DNA from: Lobosporangium transversale
Taxonomy: Eukaryota
DNA: 64,000 nucleotides
NCBI RefSeq assembly: GCF_002105155.1
Contig: NW_019028980.1
Span: 1,674,001-1,738,000, forward strand
Direction of reading: 5' to 3'
Positions 60,330 to 64,000 of the stretch are shown piece after piece. Below the pieces are notes generated by a model that did not search any database, was not told the DNA's origin, and saw nothing but the letters and a program-made list of their open reading frames with translations. The position numbers were made by a program, and so were the translations under genes. Position 1 is the first letter of the stretch. Each line of letters starts with the position of its first letter.

Positions 60330-61065
60330 GAATTAATCTATTTGACAACCCGGGTTGTCACTCTTATTTGACAACCCCCCCCTTAATTATTTTTCTCAAT
60401 TTTTTTTCTTTGCGTGACAACCCGGGGTTGTCAAATAGTAAAATATCTAATTTGACAACCCCAAGCTCACTATTATTTGATAACCCTTTTTTATTGGCAA
60501 GATTATTATGTGAAAATCGTTTCTATTGCTATCCCTCAGCAACATGAAATCCCTCCAGCAATCTAAAAGCTTCCATCAAATAACAAACTTTTTTTTTTTG
60601 GTTACGAGGTGTTGTTTTTTTATTACAACTGATTTCTAAAACAAGGGTTTGCTTTTATAGAAAATGTGCCTATACGGGTAACATGCACTAAGGGGTTTTT
60701 TTTGGATAAATAAGCATGCATAAATTCGGAGTGGTTATGCGACGCTTGATGGCGCATGCGTAAGACGCGGAAAGGAAAAAAAAGAGAGACAGAAGAAGCT
60801 ATAACCACAGTCATGATAATGGAGTGTTGCCACCATTTTAGAAATCCAGCTGAGAAAGGTCCTCCATAAGTACAAGAGGGTGAAGACTTGTCATGTGACA
60901 GGTTGAAAAAGACAATTTTTCTTCTTTTTTTGACAACCCGGGTTGTCAAATAACAAAAAAGTGAAAATTGAAGACCTGGGTTGCCAAATAAGCCGGTGTG
61001 ACTGCTAAATTAGGGAGGGGTTGTCAAATAAGAGTGACAACCCGGGTTGTCAAATAGATTCACCC
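60330..61065. mobile_element. Non-autonomous Mutator-like (MULE) element, 736 bp
   Basis: 44-bp perfect inverted core AATCTATTTGACAACCCGGGTTGTCACTCTTATTTGACAACCCC at 60335-60378 and 61017-61060. Flanking 9-bp direct repeat CATGCAAAT at 60321-60329 and 61066-61074. Many subterminal TTTGACAACCC motifs; no credible coding capacity. Confidence 0.75.
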
Positions 61066-61492
61066 CATGCAAATGACCCTGTGGGGCCTAATTAATAGGG
61101 CAGCCCATTTATAAATTCTATTTCTAATAAATCTCATGACCTTGTGGGCCCCAGTTAATAAAAAAAAACCCTTGTGGGGCCTAATTATCAAATGCTAGGT
61201 AAGTGCGAGAGAACTTTAAGAATTTAGATCCTACATGACCTCGTGGGTCCTTGAGAATTTCTTCTTGTTATGCTTGTGAAGTAATTGGCCACAATATATA
61301 TTTACATGTATCAGTCAACATGTTATATCTATCAATTTAATCGTCATTGATAAATGGGTAAGCACAGTTATCTTTACACTTTAATGTTTAGAATCATTGA
61401 TTATTTAACAATAGGACCTTTCGAGCAGATCGAGGGTATGAGTATTTATAAGGATATATATAAAAGTGCCTGACTCAGGCGTTTCTGGTTTT

Positions 61493-62956
61493 TTAAGCCC
61501 CCTTGGGAAGTGGACAACGGAAAAAACTTTGTGCAGTGAAAACTGTGCCAACCAACATGGTCTCATGTTTGCGGTCAATAGCTGCCACCGTGCTTGTCGA
61601 GATGAAATGTCCATCATCAGCTAGTACAGTTTCAATGAGATATTTAGGTGCGGTAGATGAAGTCTCTGGGTTCTTGTACATTCTTACGACTTTGGATGGC
61701 CCGATGATAGGTTTTCCGGGCTCAGGAGAGACCAAAACTATCTTGTAGGGCTGGACATGGCCCGCAACAAAGATATCACCAGACACAGGGTCATATGAAG
61801 GATTATCAACGTAGAAGTCAAACTTGACAAACTCTTCTTGGCTAAGTGTGTGGTCTGCTTGAGGCTTGAGCACATGCATGCCAGCACCATGGCAGGCTGA
61901 GAGGAAGATAAGCGAATTGTCTTTGTTGCTAGTCATACCATTGGCACTTGCGACGCCTGTAAAGGCAACGAATGTCTTCTCAGGTGAATAGTAGATCACA
62001 TTACTCCATTGGCGTCGAAGCAGCTCTTTTTTTTTTTGAGGAAAAAGAGAAGTATATATAACAGCAAAATTAGGAGAAACATTTTAACATTGCCAATGTT
62101 ACTTAAAAAAAGAGGATAATTAGTCTACCTTCAACACGTCTTATGGGGCCAGTTAGATACTTATGGTCATTGGAAACATAAAATTCGCGAGGCCCCAATG
62201 CAACAATGTCATTTGGAGTGCGAATGAGCTCATGCTGGATAGTCTCCTTGTACTGGACGGCCTTGTCACCAATAGAGTACTCGAGTACCTCAACGACGCT
62301 TCCGGTACGGCGATGGTTGATGGCAAAAATGGTGAGGTCTGTCGCAGATCGCTCATGGATCCCTAATCCATGGAACACACGATCAGCTCCCTCAGGAAAG
62401 CCAACCAAGTCCATTACTTGATGCTTTCCAGACTACACATTGAATCAGGAGAGGAGAATAGAAGAATAAAAAAAAATAGAAAAGAAAAAATAAGAGCATG
62501 TAAGCATAAAGATAAAGGATAAACTAAAATCTGCCATATGCAACAATAAATAGGGCTTACAGGGATGTCATAGATCACAAACACATCTTGGAAAGCATTC
62601 TCTGTCGAAGAATTAAATTTGTCAATAGGTGGATACCAGCCCTTTCGAGCCTCTGCGTTTCCACAGGTTGTAAACGCAAGACTAGAGGCATGATGGATAT
62701 GAATGTCCTCACAGGCTTCAAGACCTTCAAGAGGCTTGCAACCCTCTGTGTTGAATGGTTGTATGTCACCCAGGAGAACACCACTATCAACCACTAGGTC
62801 TTTGATTAAGTTGTAACTCAAGGCAGCAATGAGAACTATGACCAATAGGAGATCTCGGAAGAGAGTTTTGACACTGAATCCACCTGTGGCCTTTGGAGAG
62901 GTAGGCTTAGTGTGTGTTTGCGGAGTAGCCGAAGTCTTGGCGTTATTCTTGGCCAT
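61493..62956 (-). CDS. Paraoxonase/arylesterase-like calcium-dependent six-bladed beta-propeller hydrolase (3 exons)
   Basis: Exons 62956-62561, 62432-62129 and 62025-61493. N-terminal membrane anchor and motifs ACEDI, FHGLGI, AINH, TPNDIVA, FYVSNDH, SANGM and VDN. Confidence 0.88.
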
Positions 62957-63334
62957 TGTGTGGAGCAAAGTTGTTGTTTTTATTTCTTTCAAATGAAGAT
63001 GAGATCTGAATTGAGAAATGGAGGAATGAATGGGGTGCTATTTAAGCTGTAAAAATAAGCTACGCAGTTACGCGCCTCAGTATCGAAAAAAGTACTTAAT
63101 AAATTTTGCATTAATAATACCTATGAAACAACAGCCTTTCCTATTGTCTTAGAGTTGCCACCGAAGACGTGTTTTAAATCTTAGGCGTCCTTGCTTTCAC
63201 AAAGAACGAAATTATTAATCACAATAAGTTCTATGACCCTGGAAGGTCCTTATTATCAAAAAAAAAAAAAAAAAAAAAAAAAAGACAGGATTTGTAATCC
63301 TTATAATTCGTAAAGATCTCTTCTTTTCTCTGTA

Positions 63335-63579
63335 CACCAGTGTTTTGTTAACAGCCCGCTGAAGTGCCCCTTGTTGAGATTTTTTATATTTTAAAGAAGA
63401 TTTCAATTCAAACTTCCCTCCACTTTCTATTCAATAATCATTCAATTAGCAATATGGTTATCTGAGTGCAAGTTAATTGGAGGAAAACTTGAGTTGAAAT
63501 CTTTAAGCCAATAGTTATCTCTAAAATATAAGGAAACTCAACAAGGACACTTCATCAGGCTGTTAACAAAACATTGGTG
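63335..63579. mobile_element. ~245-bp MITE with TA target duplication (Tc1/mariner-type)
   Basis: TA|CACCAGTGTTTTGTTAACAGCC...GGCTGTTAACAAAACATTGGTG|TA. The imperfect inverted repeat extends about 85-100 bp inward. Confidence 0.7.
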
Positions 63580-64000
63580 TAATTGGGCGAGTTCGAGCGG
63601 ACCTATAAACAGTGATCTGCATTGGAAGAAGCGAAGCGGCTGTGATTTTGCAGACCAAGCACGCCTGCTTCAGTAGGGTTGTTTTATTTATCAGTCAGCT
63701 TGAGCGAGTGCTCTGCCATGCACAGCTACCTTAGACATCTCGAGTATCAATATAGGATGGAAAATACACACAAATGAGTTCTGGATATGTACATCTTAAA
63801 AAGAGATGCCTGCCAAAGTCATCCTTGATTGCTTCCTTCACGAAAAAAAAGTAGTGAAATGGCGTGCTTGCTGCAAATAGGGGAACAAGGTTTTCGTGCT
63901 ACAGAAAACCAAACCAATTGAATGTCACAACAGCATTTTTTTCTTTTTTCATTGTCATCCGTTGACAAATGCTGTACTGTACATAAACAGGCTTATAGTA

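Overview
Intron-rich, AT-rich eukaryotic DNA from a fungus. The F-box/LRR and SEL1-repeat families and the poly-A/T-rich introns suggest Mortierellaceae (inference). Housekeeping genes (EMC10, DUF2423, an I9 protease inhibitor, a Reg1-like protein, a mitochondrial-type IleRS, complex I subunit NDUFA2, a paraoxonase-like protein, tRNA-Asp) alternate with a fast-evolving accessory compartment. The clearest feature is an intact 5,583-bp DNA transposon at 9796-15378. It has 527-bp terminal inverted repeats (TIRs) with no visible differences, TAG...CTA ends and a 9-bp target-site duplication (TSD). It encodes a DDE-type transposase and a convergent RecQ-like helicase, matching the described AcademH lineage. 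A 79-bp non-autonomous relative with its own 9-bp TSD lies at 41668-41746. The window also holds about nine SEL1-repeat genes, pseudogenes or relics that share an unnamed N-terminal domain and a conserved PSY (PY-like) motif. Three secreted DUF3712/LEA2-like genes with a 12-nt microexon are co-duplicated with SEL1 genes in a mosaic pattern. There are two further MITE-like elements, and the IleRS has altered KMSKS and editing-site motifs. All exon models were read by eye from GT-AG sites and frame continuity; no database searches were run.
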